DNA of 63,565 nt, counting the filler. It is 3 parts of 3 records of this genome, joined end to end, with 100 filler letters (N's around TTAATTAATTAA, not from the genome) between each part and the next. Parts side by side here need not be neighbours in the genome. Positions count along the whole stretch, not along the records: positions 1 to 18,023 come from SRR2962707_893; positions 18,124 to 47,905 come from SRR2962707_894; 1 more part is not named here. One strand, given 5' to 3'. This document shows, one piece after another, positions 8,463-19,373 of this stretch. How positions within the stretch are numbered: position 1 is the stretch's first letter; every line of letters begins with the position of its first letter. Made by a program: the position numbers and the translations under genes. The notes beneath the pieces were generated by a model. The model worked only from the letters and a program-made list of their open reading frames with translations, searched no databases and was not told the DNA's origin.

Positions 8463-11400
8463 ATGAAAAAATTACTATACACATTAAGCGGCCTTCTCTT
8501 CGGATATTATTCCTTCGGACAAATAGAGGATGTCGATCTGGATTACCAAACCGGCGGTGGCTTTCCGACCTCCGAAGTTCATGCTAGTTTAATGCAAGCT
8601 GATGGCAAATTGATTTTCGCTGGTTCATTTTCAGAATACGCTTCTACTACCCGAAACAACATTGTTCGCATTAATACTGACGGTTCCCTGGATACATCTT
8701 TTGATCCAGGATCAGATGTATCAGCCATAGTCTATGACATTGCCATTCAATCGGATGGTAAAGTATTGGTGGCAGGGTCCTCTGGAAATATTGTGCGATT
8801 AAATACTGATGGAAGCATTGATAATACATTCACACTGGATGGAACAGGATTTTCTGGTGGCTCCAATGCTATTTATGCTATTGGGATTCAGGATGATGGA
8901 AAAGTCATCGCTGCGGGCAGCTTTTCGGATTACAACGGGACATCAATTAACAGTATCATTCGATTAGATTCTGACGGCTCGTATGACAATACATTCGACC
9001 CAGGAATAGGGCCCAATGATGTGATAAGGGATCTTGTGATTCAACCGGATGGAAAAATCGTTGTTGTAGGTGATTTCACTTCGTTTCAAGGTAATTCAAG
9101 AACAAAAATTGCCAGGGTAGACAGCAATGGCGATATAGATACAGGCTTTAGTTTAAGTTTTAGTCTGACTTTCGGTCGAATGTATGAAGTAAGGCTCCAG
9201 GATGATGGTAAAATTTTAATGGGAGGATTTGGAATAAATGGTTCAGCCAGCCTCATGTACCGACTGGAGAGTAGTGGAGTGGTAGAGTTTGGTGTGGGAA
9301 CTACCCATGGACTGGATGGAATCATTAGTGGCTTAGCGCTCTTAGATGGAGGCGATATTGTTATTTCGGCTGGTTCTACCATTGCATTATATAGTGGAAC
9401 AGATGGCTCGGTTTTGTTGGGGGCCTCCGGTATTGGAGAAGGATTTGATGGGCCTATTGGAACTATCATTACTGATTCGGATGGCAAACTGGTTGCAGCA
9501 GGTACTTTTGATCATTTTGATGGTTTTCAACAAGGAGGAATTGCACGTCTTCAAAAATGTTCATCCATAGAATTCACAGATTATATTGATAACGATGAAA
9601 GAATTGGATGTGAAAATGAAGATGTCACACTTACAGTAGCAGCAACAGGCACGAACCCTGTCTATCAATGGCAGGTAAACACCACTAGTGGAACTGGTCT
9701 ATATACCGACCTCTCTGATGATGCAACCTACTCAGGGACTTCAACATCTACGCTCCTTATTATGAATGCCACAAATGCTGAAATGACTGGCAAATCATTC
9801 AGGTGTAAGGTGACGGATGATAATTGTCAGACGATCTCCAACGAATTGGCTGTACTAATCGATCCCATTCAAACCATTACACTTCAACCTTCTAGCACGG
9901 ATGCATGCGAATCGTCCTCTGCTCAATTTACATTTAACAATGATGGAGCGAACAGGGATTACCAATGGCAGGTAAATGACGGATCCGGTTTTGTTGATCT
10001 TGTAAGCGATGGTATCAATATCAGCGGTTCTGCTAGTAAAACGCTAACACTTTCAAATATCACGTTAGACATGGATGGAAACACCTATCGTGCAGTACTC
10101 TCGGGCTGCAATACACCTGTCTTTAGTGATGAGGCCACTCTGACAGTCAAGCCTCAGGCTGATATAGCTGAGGAGGAAGAACGCATTACTCTTTGTGTTT
10201 CAGGTGATGCTGATTTTACCGTTGATGCGACTGGAACGGGCCTCACGTACCAATGGCAATACCGAACTGGGCCCGGGTCACCGATTATTTACGCGGATCT
10301 TCCGGATGGCGGAGAGGTTTCAGGAGCACAAACTTCCACGCTAACGCTGACAGGCGTTGATAACACTTTTACTAATATGTATGTCGTGGAGTCGGACGGA
10401 TCCGCTGCAGCGCAATTCAGATGCAAAGTGTTTCAGGATGGTTGTGAAGTTGTCACTACTTCCAATAAGGTTTTAATTGTCAATCCTGTTGCTGAAATTT
10501 TTGTTCAGCCAGTTGCTGAAACAGGGTTATGCGATAGTGGTTCAGGGGTTACTACGTCATTTTCAACCAATGCGACCGATGGTGATGGGTCATTTCAATG
10601 GCAGGTCAACGATGGTAATGGTTTTATTGATGTTGTTGATAACGCCATCTACTCAGGAGCAAACAGTTTGACATTGAACCTTACTGACGCACCGTCGACA
10701 ATGGATGGTTATGTTTTCAGATGTGCGGTTGGCGGTTGTTCGCCAGTTATTTATACAGATGAGGTTACACTATCAATTGGTGAAACCCCGTCTATTACAT
10801 CACAACCTGTACTTACAGATGTATGTGAAGGAACGGATACAGAATACAGTGTTACTGCCACAGGTACGAATGTACTTTATCAATGGCAGGAGAGACAGTC
10901 AGGAGGTTCATTTGTGGATTTGGTTGACGGAGGTATTTATTTCGGAACATCCAATAGCACCCTTCAGCTCTCAGGGGTAACTACAGGAATGCATAATAAT
11001 ACCTATCGTTGTATTGTTTCAAGTGGGGATTGCGAAGCAACCTCAGCCAGTGCACTACTAAGAGTAAGAGTAGAGCCTACCTTCAATGCAGCACCAGTAA
11101 GTAAGACGGCATGTGAGGGTGAGGCAACCGTCTTTTCAAGAACCGCTGTGAATTTCTCAGCAGCAAACACTTATCAATGGCAAGAAGCTTTTGCAGGTTC
11201 GGATATATTCGCGGATATAACAGACAATGAGGTCTTTAGCGGTGCTACCACTTCGCAACTAGATATCAGTACTACCACCGCTGTGATGAATGGAAACAGG
11301 TACCGATTGAAAGTAACAGGTTGTACCAACGATATCCTTTCAGATCCGGCTACTTTAACAGTGATTGGTGAACCTATTATTTCAGAAGGCCCTGTTCCGA

Positions 11401-12434
11401 CTACCGTCTGTAATGATGATATTGTTAATTTCAATGCTGCAGCAATCGGTTCCGACCTTATTTACCAATGGTTTGCTGATGATGGTAGCGGATCGTTTCA
11501 GGCAGTGACCAATCCAAGTGATATTGGTGAATACTCATTCCAGGCATCTTTAGATCAAGATGGTTGGAAATACAAATGTGTTATCACGCCTCCTTCACCA
11601 TGTTCTTCGTTTACAGTTGAAACCAGTGAAGTAACACTTACAGTGAATGATGATCCCGCGGTGGTGGAGAATATCACAATAAGTTCGTTCCCAATATGCG
11701 AAGGAGAGAGTCCGGAAGCACAGATCACTTTGGTTGAAGGCACACCAACCGTGCAATGGCAGGTAGACGATGGAACAGGATTCGTTGATGTAACTGATGG
11801 AGATGATTATTCAGGCGCAACTACATTAACCCTTCAGATCGTGACACCTACAAGTGATATGACTGGATACCTATATCGGGGTGTTCTTTCCGGAAACGGA
11901 TGTGAAGTCATTACTCCATCTGTAGAGTTGAATGTCTATCGACAATTTGAACAACCAACGATTTCTGCGGATGAATCGAATGCTGACAGTCCTGTACTGA
12001 GTATTTCAAACTTGCCTGATTTCTTTGACGAGGTAAGTGGTATTGTTTATTGGTATAGGGACGATGAATATTATACTGAGTCCAGGACATTGACTTTGAC
12101 CGAATCCGGAACTTACACAGCGCAATTAGATGAATCCGGCACGGATGTAGTATGCCTGTCTATTCTATCCGAACCCTATGTGTTTGAAAAAGCCCTTGGT
12201 GTGGATGATGTCACTGTACGGATTTATCCAAATCCAACGTCTGATTATTTGCATGTTGATTTTGGAAAACCAGTTTCTGTTAGACTCATTGATTTGAGCG
12301 GAAAGGTGGTTGAAGCCAAGCATAATCTCGAAGGAAAAATGGATTTGTCATCGATGCAAAAGGGACAGTATATCCTCCAGGTATTTGATGGGCAGAGGTT
12401 GATTTCAAACGAAAAAATCATTAAAGTAAACTAA
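8463..12434 (+). CDS. T9SS type A sorting-domain protein with delta-60 repeats and tandem Ig-like domains
   Basis: Signal MKKLLYTL (start 8463); QxDGKI/LDTSF delta-60 repeats; about 8 repeats of YQWQ..YRC; C-terminal IYPNPTSD..KIIKVN. Confidence 0.9.
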   Translation: MKKLLYTLSGLLFGYYSFGQIEDVDLDYQTGGGFPTSEVHASLMQADGKLIFAGSFSEYASTTRNNIVRINTDGSLDTSFDPGSDVSAIVYDIAIQSDGKVLVAGSSGNIVRLNTDGSIDNTFTLDGTGFSGGSNAIYAIGIQDDGKVIAAGSFSDYNGTSINSIIRLDSDGSYDNTFDPGIGPNDVIRDLVIQPDGKIVVVGDFTSFQGNSRTKIARVDSNGDIDTGFSLSFSLTFGRMYEVRLQDDGKILMGGFGINGSASLMYRLESSGVVEFGVGTTHGLDGIISGLALLDGGDIVISAGSTIALYSGTDGSVLLGASGIGEGFDGPIGTIITDSDGKLVAAGTFDHFDGFQQGGIARLQKCSSIEFTDYIDNDERIGCENEDVTLTVAATGTNPVYQWQVNTTSGTGLYTDLSDDATYSGTSTSTLLIMNATNAEMTGKSFRCKVTDDNCQTISNELAVLIDPIQTITLQPSSTDACESSSAQFTFNNDGANRDYQWQVNDGSGFVDLVSDGINISGSASKTLTLSNITLDMDGNTYRAVLSGCNTPVFSDEATLTVKPQADIAEEEERITLCVSGDADFTVDATGTGLTYQWQYRTGPGSPIIYADLPDGGEVSGAQTSTLTLTGVDNTFTNMYVVESDGSAAAQFRCKVFQDGCEVVTTSNKVLIVNPVAEIFVQPVAETGLCDSGSGVTTSFSTNATDGDGSFQWQVNDGNGFIDVVDNAIYSGANSLTLNLTDAPSTMDGYVFRCAVGGCSPVIYTDEVTLSIGETPSITSQPVLTDVCEGTDTEYSVTATGTNVLYQWQERQSGGSFVDLVDGGIYFGTSNSTLQLSGVTTGMHNNTYRCIVSSGDCEATSASALLRVRVEPTFNAAPVSKTACEGEATVFSRTAVNFSAANTYQWQEAFAGSDIFADITDNEVFSGATTSQLDISTTTAVMNGNRYRLKVTGCTNDILSDPATLTVIGEPIISEGPVPTTVCNDDIVNFNAAAIGSDLIYQWFADDGSGSFQAVTNPSDIGEYSFQASLDQDGWKYKCVITPPSPCSSFTVETSEVTLTVNDDPAVVENITISSFPICEGESPEAQITLVEGTPTVQWQVDDGTGFVDVTDGDDYSGATTLTLQIVTPTSDMTGYLYRGVLSGNGCEVITPSVELNVYRQFEQPTISADESNADSPVLSISNLPDFFDEVSGIVYWYRDDEYYTESRTLTLTESGTYTAQLDESGTDVVCLSILSEPYVFEKALGVDDVTVRIYPNPTSDYLHVDFGKPVSVRLIDLSGKVVEAKHNLEGKMDLSSMQKGQYILQVFDGQRLISNEKIIKVN

Positions 12435-12463
12435 GGAAGCTGTTTTAGCTAAAGCAGCAATGT

Positions 12464-12489
12464 GCACCTCGGCAGGATGTCGGGGTGTA
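12464..12489. terminator. Hairpin between convergent genes
   Basis: cacctcggca / tgtcggggtg stem with G-U pairs. Confidence 0.4.
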
Positions 12490-12490
12490 T

Positions 12491-13207
12491 TTATTTTTCA
12501 CCTACTTTCTTAAATATCCAGATAGGTAGATAGATTATAAAGAAGTATGGGATAAGTAGAAAATCCATCCATATGATGTAATATGGCCAACCTCCCAATA
12601 AATCAAGTAATGATCCATGCTCAGGCTTCATGTTAAGGAATAAATAGTTGGAATCCAATATCCAATTCACTAAAACAATTAGCACAACATATATCTGGAC
12701 ATAAACAAAAGTTCTAAGTATCCCTTTGGATGTGGGCATTTTTTTGAATGCGATCATTTCAAAAAGAATGAACACAATGAGGCCTACATGGACCATCCAG
12801 AATTTGATAAACTCATAATGTGGGAAATTGAATTTTAGTCCTGGTGTAATAATGGCCTGAATGGCGCCTGCTAAAATCAAGAAATACAGAATCTCAAATA
12901 GAACCTGATTTCTTCGATAGTAATAGATAGGAAGGAGTAGCGCTACCAGGTTGCAAAAGATCAAAGGAAGATCTGTTTCTAAATAAAATCGACCAAGGAC
13001 CACTTCGATAACAGCCCAGATGATGATGAGTGAAGAAAGTGTAAATGATATCCACTTGATTGTGGTGAGCTTGGCAACATCATCCGCACTCATTCCCTTC
13101 CGGATGATGATGAATCCTGCCAATGCTAGCGTGAGTAAAGCGATAAAGTACTCCAAGCTGTATTTCTCAAAACCTGCAGGCCCATAAAATACGTCGCGTA
13201 AACTCAT
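12491..13207 (-). CDS. TIGR02206/YwaF-family integral membrane protein
   Basis: LPLIFCN, AIQAIITP, NYLFLNMKP, SLLDLLGGWPYYI motifs. Confidence 0.85.
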   Translation of the reverse strand: MSLRDVFYGPAGFEKYSLEYFIALLTLALAGFIIIRKGMSADDVAKLTTIKWISFTLSSLIIIWAVIEVVLGRFYLETDLPLIFCNLVALLLPIYYYRRNQVLFEILYFLILAGAIQAIITPGLKFNFPHYEFIKFWMVHVGLIVFILFEMIAFKKMPTSKGILRTFVYVQIYVVLIVLVNWILDSNYLFLNMKPEHGSLLDLLGGWPYYIIWMDFLLIPYFFIIYLPIWIFKKVGEK

Positions 13208-14979
13208 AATTCGTTGATTAAATGATACTCTTTCAAGATAATATCGATGGTATATCCTTTTGGTGTTATGGATCTAACCAAACTTCCATTCATAGTTGAT
13301 AAGATGCTTTTGATAATGGTATATCCCAATCCCTCCGACTCCAGGTTTGTGCCAGGCCCATTATCATAAATGGTCAGGTGAAGGTCTGTCTCTTTTTCAA
13401 TCAGTGAGATACCTAATTCAGGTTGCGGCTGATCCAGTAGACCATATTTCAAACTGTTGGTGATCAATTCATTGATGATTAGTCCAATTGGGATGGTGGT
13501 TTGGATATCAGCAGATAGATTGTCAATACTTATTTCAACAGCTATTGGTGATCCCTTATGCAATGAATGAATAATCATTTTAGTCAATTGCTCGATGTAG
13601 CCTTTTAATCCTACTTTATTGAAGTCTTCATGTGTATAAAGATGCTCATGGATCATCGCCATGGATTTGATCTTGTTCCTTGTTGAGATCAATACGGTCT
13701 GGAGCTCTTCCGATGATGACCTTCTTTGTTGCATATTGAGCATACTGGTGATCATTTGCAGGTTATTCTTGACACGATGATGGACTTCTTTGAGCAGCAT
13801 CTCGTTTTCTTCATTTCTTCTGGAAAGTGATTCGGTGCGCTCAAGTACCTTATGCTCCAGTTCATCAGTGTATTTTTTCTGCAAGTCTTCATTCACTTGC
13901 AATTGGTGAATGAGTTTACTCTGAGCTTGAATTTCAGCTTTCTGGATTTCGTTGACTCTTGCACCTAAACCAAGGGCTAGAATAAAAACCTCCAATACCA
14001 GGCCGGACTGAAAGATATAATTGAAATCTGTAGCACTCTGGTTAACTGAAAGCCACTGACCAGACATAGTGATGATAAAAAGCAGGAAAAATCCAGATAA
14101 ATAGTACACCTTAATGCGATAAGGGTGTTTGAATATCCTTGTAATAAACCAAACTATCAGTCCAAATTCAATTAATAGAAATGGAGCCTTGTATGCCATC
14201 GAATGCTGGACATCTATGTTTAAGAGATAAAGTGAGATGGATATTAGAAAAAATGATACGATAAAGATGATCGCTACTTTAATAAGAAAATATGAGAATT
14301 CATCATGTTGTCGCAGATCAAGAAATTCTACACTAAACAGCAGGTAAAACAATGTGATCGTGAAACCGAAGAACCACACCCATATTGGTGGAATATCATT
14401 GAAGAATCCCAGCACGTTTCCCACCAAGCCATATTGGTATCCAAAGAAAAACATGGTGGAGAGAATGTAGAGCGCATAAAATATGTATACTCTCTGGTTG
14501 TTGAAAAAGTAAAAGAAGATGGCTACAAATACTGGAAAACTTAGGACAGATTGGTAAATGAGCTGATTTGTTCTTAGATTATTCCTATGGCTGATAAAGT
14601 CTACTTCTTCGTAAATATTGATGGATAAGAGGTTCTTGTCTTTTTCATCTACAAAGGGATAGTAGAGGTAGAATGTCTTATTTTGTTTAGCAGTGGCTTT
14701 AATGCTGATATAGTTACCAATAGAAATTAGATTCTTGCCTTCATCATAGAATGAGATTCGTTGCATGTTAGGTTGTCCGCCAGATAGGATAAAGGTGCCG
14801 GCTGTATCAAGTTGCACTTCAACTTTCGCCCAGTAAGAAGTCCTGATTTTTAAGTGTTCAAGAGTTTGAAGGGCTACATATTCTTCTGGTATTTCATGGA
14901 TGGCACCCTCTGCAACTGAAACAGAAGTTAATTGACACTGGAAGAGTAGCGCAATAATAGATGCAGAGATCAGGGACAT
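13204..14979 (-). CDS. 7TM-DISM sensor histidine kinase (HisKA_2 type)
   Basis: About 7 TM helices; LLKEVHHRVKNNLQ H-box; NELITNSLKY; DNGPG. Confidence 0.9.
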   Translation of the reverse strand: MSLISASIIALLFQCQLTSVSVAEGAIHEIPEEYVALQTLEHLKIRTSYWAKVEVQLDTAGTFILSGGQPNMQRISFYDEGKNLISIGNYISIKATAKQNKTFYLYYPFVDEKDKNLLSINIYEEVDFISHRNNLRTNQLIYQSVLSFPVFVAIFFYFFNNQRVYIFYALYILSTMFFFGYQYGLVGNVLGFFNDIPPIWVWFFGFTITLFYLLFSVEFLDLRQHDEFSYFLIKVAIIFIVSFFLISISLYLLNIDVQHSMAYKAPFLLIEFGLIVWFITRIFKHPYRIKVYYLSGFFLLFIITMSGQWLSVNQSATDFNYIFQSGLVLEVFILALGLGARVNEIQKAEIQAQSKLIHQLQVNEDLQKKYTDELEHKVLERTESLSRRNEENEMLLKEVHHRVKNNLQMITSMLNMQQRRSSSEELQTVLISTRNKIKSMAMIHEHLYTHEDFNKVGLKGYIEQLTKMIIHSLHKGSPIAVEISIDNLSADIQTTIPIGLIINELITNSLKYGLLDQPQPELGISLIEKETDLHLTIYDNGPGTNLESEGLGYTIIKSILSTMNGSLVRSITPKGYTIDIILKEYHLINEL

Positions 14980-14982
14980 TAC

Positions 14983-15699
14983 TTATGAAATCCGCTGAAG
15001 AACTTTGTTTACCTCTTCTCTATAGCTTCTACTGATAGGCAGGGCTTCATTGTCAATAAAGACATGATCATTGTCCATTCCGGTAATGCAATTGATGTTG
15101 ACCACAAATGAGCGGTGTATTCTAAGGAAGGAGGGATTGTTCATTTTTTCAGAGATGGTATTAAGATTTCCTGAAAGCGTATATTCTTTTTCAGTGGTCA
15201 CAAACCTGGTATAGCTCCCGTCAGCTTTTAAGAAATGAATTTTCTCGAGGGAGATTTTTTCAAAACGATTTCCGGATTTTAAAAAAATAAATGGAAGGTT
15301 ATTGCCTGTTGGTTGCCGTAACATTCTATTGAAATGGTTGTTAAAGGCCAATTCCAAAGCAATAATTACATCCTTGTCATCATAAGGCTTGGTTAGGTAG
15401 GACGCGGGATTTGTTTTCAGTGCCTTATCTACAGTTTCTTTGTCAGAATTAGCCGTGAGGTATACCACAGGCAGTTTATGATGTGTATTTACCTCAGATA
15501 CCAAATCGATCCCACTATCTCCGTCTTTGAGATTGATATCTACCAACAGTATGTCTGGATGTTGGCTATCAACCAACTGTAACGCCTCGGCTTTATTCTT
15601 AGCCGTTCCAATCACATGCATATCACTTTCCTGAATGATTTCTTTCAGGTCTTGTGAAGTGATGGGGTCATCTTCAACAATCAACACTTTGATGTTCAT
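14983..15699 (-). CDS. LytTR family response regulator
   Basis: REC domain (IVEDD, LVDINL, KP); LytTR FLRIHRSFVVN and LPISRSY. Confidence 0.93.
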   Translation of the reverse strand: MNIKVLIVEDDPITSQDLKEIIQESDMHVIGTAKNKAEALQLVDSQHPDILLVDINLKDGDSGIDLVSEVNTHHKLPVVYLTANSDKETVDKALKTNPASYLTKPYDDKDVIIALELAFNNHFNRMLRQPTGNNLPFIFLKSGNRFEKISLEKIHFLKADGSYTRFVTTEKEYTLSGNLNTISEKMNNPSFLRIHRSFVVNINCITGMDNDHVFIDNEALPISRSYREEVNKVLQRIS

Positions 15700-15778
15700 T
15701 TAGCTGGTTTTAAGGCAATTGGGTTATTAATCTAACGAACAGATATGATAATTGAAAATTCAGATTGTAATCAATTGG

Positions 15779-17563
15779 TTAATAGGTCTCACAAGGTTCT
15801 ATTTTTGATCCTTTTAATGCAACCCTTACAGTGAAGCCTTCTTCCCCAGTCAGGTATTCAATTTCACCATCATGATTTTCAAGTAACGCCGAGATGATGA
15901 TGTTGCCAAACCCTTCCGGATTGCTAAGCTCCTCCATGCCATTGCCGTTATCTTGGACTGATAGTATCAGGAGATTATCCGTCCCGTAAATCTTTATTTT
16001 AAGAAAAGGGCTATTTGAATGGCTGAAAGCATATTTGATACTATTCGTAATTAATTCATTCAGGATCAGCCCGACAGGCAATGCTGTTTCGATATCAGCC
16101 ATTAAACTATCTACTTCAATAACTGATTTTATCTTCTTTTGTCCTTTATGTAGGGAATCTATTAAAATGAAACACAGCTCCTCAGTATAATCCCTGAGAT
16201 TGATTCGGGAGAAGTCATCATGCTTATAGAGATGTTCATGAATAAGACCAATAGATTTTACTCTGTTTTTTGTAAGCCTTAAGGACTCTTTGGCTTCCTT
16301 TTCTTTCAGTCTCCTTTGCTGCATATTGAGTAGGCTAATGATCATCTGAAGGTTGTTCTTAACCCGATGGTGCACTTCCTTCAATAGGGTGATATTTTCC
16401 TTATTCCTTTGATTCAGGGCAGATGTACGTTCCGTTACTTTAGATTCCAGCTTCTCCGTATACTCCAGTTGCAACTTTTCATTCACCTTCATCTGACTGA
16501 TTAGCTTGATTTGTGCTTCATTTCTTGCACGCTGGATCAGGTCCACCCTGACAGAAATTCCAATGGATAGAATAAAAACATCAAGCAACAGTCCGATTTG
16601 TACCAGTTGATTGGTTTCATATTGTAGTTTGAATGTAGAAGCAACCTGACCGGTAATAGTTGTCATGACCAGGACCAATGCTCCGATGAGAAATATATTA
16701 CTCAGGAGGGTACCTAGTCTGAAAATACGATAGGTGAATATCACCATTAGCACCAATTGAATACCAATGACAAGTATTTTGTACCATAATTGGTGAAGAA
16801 TGTCGAATTGGAGTAGGTACGAGATCGTTTCAATGACAACAACAAGCGTGATATACACGAGTCCCCAGTTGCTTATTTTATAGTTGAATGGGTCTACCTT
16901 TTTAAGTTGCAGGAAGGATTGCGCAAATAGCAAATAACAAAACGATAGTGAAGCAGAAAAAATCCAGGCATAGGTTGGAGGCATGGTGTTTACTACCGGG
17001 ATAATGCTCCCTAGTAACCCATATTGATAAGAGAAGAAAATTAATATGGAACTAAGGTAGAGCCCATAATGGAGGTAGGTTCTGTCCCTGCTTCGTAAAA
17101 CAAAGAAGAATGATACCAGTATCAGAAATAATAAAATGGCGTGAAACGCACTCTGAAATACGTCATTTTGTCTTTTGAGATTTAAAAATGCAACTTGTTC
17201 ATGTAGGCTGATGGTGAAGTAATCGGGATCTTTTTCATCATGGAAGGGATAAAAAAGATAGTAGGTTTTAGGGTCATTTGGCGTAATCAAGATCGAGTTG
17301 CCAGTATTGATCAACTCGAATTCTTCAGTGTAAAAGTGAATATTCTTCATGTACCAATTACCTCCCCGGAGTACGAGGTTCTTGTCCATTACTAGATTAA
17401 TATCAACTTTCGCCCAATATGATTTACCTATTGAGATTGATTTAGCTGAGTCAATATGCTCCCAATTACCTGGCAATTCAACTTTTGAACCTTCAGAAAT
17501 ATGTATGTTCATATTATCTGAAGGTGCATACAATAGCGTTAGCCAGATGACGAGCTTTAGCAT
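15779..17563 (-). CDS. Second 7TM-DISM sensor histidine kinase (paralog of 13204-14979)
   Basis: Same architecture, EVHHRVKNNLQ; start reassigned to MLKLVIW at 17563. Confidence 0.88.
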   Translation of the reverse strand: MLKLVIWLTLLYAPSDNMNIHISEGSKVELPGNWEHIDSAKSISIGKSYWAKVDINLVMDKNLVLRGGNWYMKNIHFYTEEFELINTGNSILITPNDPKTYYLFYPFHDEKDPDYFTISLHEQVAFLNLKRQNDVFQSAFHAILLFLILVSFFFVLRSRDRTYLHYGLYLSSILIFFSYQYGLLGSIIPVVNTMPPTYAWIFSASLSFCYLLFAQSFLQLKKVDPFNYKISNWGLVYITLVVVIETISYLLQFDILHQLWYKILVIGIQLVLMVIFTYRIFRLGTLLSNIFLIGALVLVMTTITGQVASTFKLQYETNQLVQIGLLLDVFILSIGISVRVDLIQRARNEAQIKLISQMKVNEKLQLEYTEKLESKVTERTSALNQRNKENITLLKEVHHRVKNNLQMIISLLNMQQRRLKEKEAKESLRLTKNRVKSIGLIHEHLYKHDDFSRINLRDYTEELCFILIDSLHKGQKKIKSVIEVDSLMADIETALPVGLILNELITNSIKYAFSHSNSPFLKIKIYGTDNLLILSVQDNGNGMEELSNPEGFGNIIISALLENHDGEIEYLTGEEGFTVRVALKGSKIEPCETY

Positions 17564-17675
17564 GTCATTAAAGATAAGTGTTTGTTGACAAGGAATATTC
17601 GAAAGAATTCTTGAATGAGGGGATAAACTTTGTGAGTAGCAATGGTAATTTGTATGCTTATTTCTAAATTCAGGT

Positions 17676-18023
17676 GTGCCATTAATCAATCAATCTTCAT
17701 ATAAAAAACCATGGTATTTTTTTAATACCCACCTCGAAACCATCATTCCGTCGGTATTCAATAAAGTGAAAGGTGTACACTATTTACGGACCCGAATTGA
17801 ACTGGAGGATACGGATTTTCTGGATCTTGATTGGCTCAAAAACAACAATGACAGGTTAATGATCATAGGTCATGGTCTTGAAGGAAGTTCCGAAAGGCAC
17901 TATGTGAAGCGTCCGGCAAAATATTTCCATGAAAGAGGATGGGATATACTGGCATGGAATAATCGAGGTTGTGGTGGAGAGATGAACCGGCTTGCCCGCG
18001 GCTATCATCACGGTGAAACAAAG
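17676..18023 (+). CDS. YheT family hydrolase, second paralog, truncated by contig end
   Basis: HLETIIPS, DFLDLDW, HGLEG, GWDILAWNNR shared with 7181-8146. Confidence 0.85.
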
Positions 18024-18123
18024 NNNNNNNNNNNNNNNNNNNNNNNNNNNNNNNNNNNNNNNNNNNNTTAATTAATTAANNNNNNNNNNNNNNNNNNNNN
18101 NNNNNNNNNNNNNNNNNNNNNNN
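18024..18123. other. Artificial contig spacer (Ns plus TTAATTAATTAA)
   Basis: N-run with six-frame stop linker at 18068-18079; apparent taxonomy changes across it. Confidence 0.97.
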
Positions 18124-18155
18124 GTCCTCCTTAAAATATTTTAAGGAGGACTTTT
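18124..18155. terminator. Perfect 28-bp palindrome, likely intrinsic terminator
   Basis: gtcctccttaaaat|attttaaggaggac followed by tttt, just past the GGDEF gene stop. Confidence 0.6.
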
Positions 18156-18167
18156 CAAGCCAACCAA

Positions 18168-19280
18168 TCACACGCAGATATTGTTTCTACCAGCGTCTTT
18201 TGCTTTATATAGCAAGCTATCAGCCGCCTTCAAAGCCAGAGCCAAAGGGTGATCAGTTCCTAATGGAACGATACCAAAGCTGGCGGTGATGCGTATCTCT
18301 TGCTCATCGTAATTAAAATCATACCCTTCTATAGCCTGACGAATTTTCTCGGCGACTTCTATCGCTTGGCCTAAGTAAGCGTCATTAAGTGCCAGTAAAA
18401 ATTCTTCTCCTCCCCAGCGAGATAACCAAGCGCCTTCAGGCAGCTCTTTTTGTATTAGTCTGGCAAGCGAACGGAGAATAAAATCACCACAATCATGGCC
18501 GTATTGATCATTTATGTTTTTAAAATAATCCACGTCAATTAACACCAAACGCAGCTCAGCGCCTTCAGCCTCTTCTAAGCGTTGCTGCATCCCTCGCCTA
18601 TTCAATAGCTGCGTTAAAGGGTCTGTTTCAGCCTGTTCCTTAAGCTGCTTTGACGATTCATGCAAAGCTTTATTAAAACGCGACATGGAATATTCATAAA
18701 TAGTCGACAAGAAAAATACCACGATAAAAGATGCGATTACACGAAACCTTAGGTCTTCATCATAGTGAAAAGCAAAACCATAAACACTCGCAAAAAAATA
18801 CAGAATGACGATAAGCAGCAAGGTAAAAATGACCATCTCGATCACGCCTCGCTTTATCCCTTGAATAAACAAAGACACAGCAGGAACACAAAAAATCCAT
18901 ACATACCCTGTGCCATTAACACCACCGGTGAAAACGAGATACAGCATCAGAAAATACAGAGGATAGATGATTATATTAGCGCAGATCTCATGGTTTCTAG
19001 TTCGCCTAAGATAAAACTGGTTGATACAAAAGATGAATGCGAAACACAGCAAAACAAGGGCAAGCCAAGTATTAGAACGGTATAGCGCCGCAATACCCAG
19101 TGGGAAGGTAAAGACTATACCGACGATGGAAAACAGATTAACGAGCAAGGTGCGACGAATTTGCTCGGAAAATATCTCACCAGACAGGCCGAAATAAAAA
19201 ACGTGATGAACACAACGCTGCATCAAGTTTTTATTATCGCGCTGAGCATCAGGCTGGCAACCACGAGCTACTTCGCTCAT
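18168..19280 (-). CDS. Membrane-bound diguanylate cyclase
   Basis: About 6 TM helices, DPLTQLLNRR, DVDYFKNIND, RWGGEEF; no RxxD I-site; start 19280 has a good SD (alternative 19295). Confidence 0.9.
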   Translation of the reverse strand: MSEVARGCQPDAQRDNKNLMQRCVHHVFYFGLSGEIFSEQIRRTLLVNLFSIVGIVFTFPLGIAALYRSNTWLALVLLCFAFIFCINQFYLRRTRNHEICANIIIYPLYFLMLYLVFTGGVNGTGYVWIFCVPAVSLFIQGIKRGVIEMVIFTLLLIVILYFFASVYGFAFHYDEDLRFRVIASFIVVFFLSTIYEYSMSRFNKALHESSKQLKEQAETDPLTQLLNRRGMQQRLEEAEGAELRLVLIDVDYFKNINDQYGHDCGDFILRSLARLIQKELPEGAWLSRWGGEEFLLALNDAYLGQAIEVAEKIRQAIEGYDFNYDEQEIRITASFGIVPLGTDHPLALALKAADSLLYKAKDAGRNNICV

Positions 19281-19373
19281 TCCTCTCTCCTTCATTTGCT
19301 TACTACACTCTTAAAATACGTAGAGTTTCCCTACTGAGCAGTATTAAGACAAATTAACAGAGATTAGGGGACA

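Noticed and set aside
9600-11950. Recurring caatggcagg motif as a CRISPR-like array
   Set aside because: It encodes QWQ in each Ig-like repeat of a continuous ORF; I saw no CRISPR array in the window.
18068-18079. TTAATTAATTAA as a biological repeat or att site (also 47950-47961)
   Set aside because: It is embedded in N-runs and is a standard six-frame stop linker.
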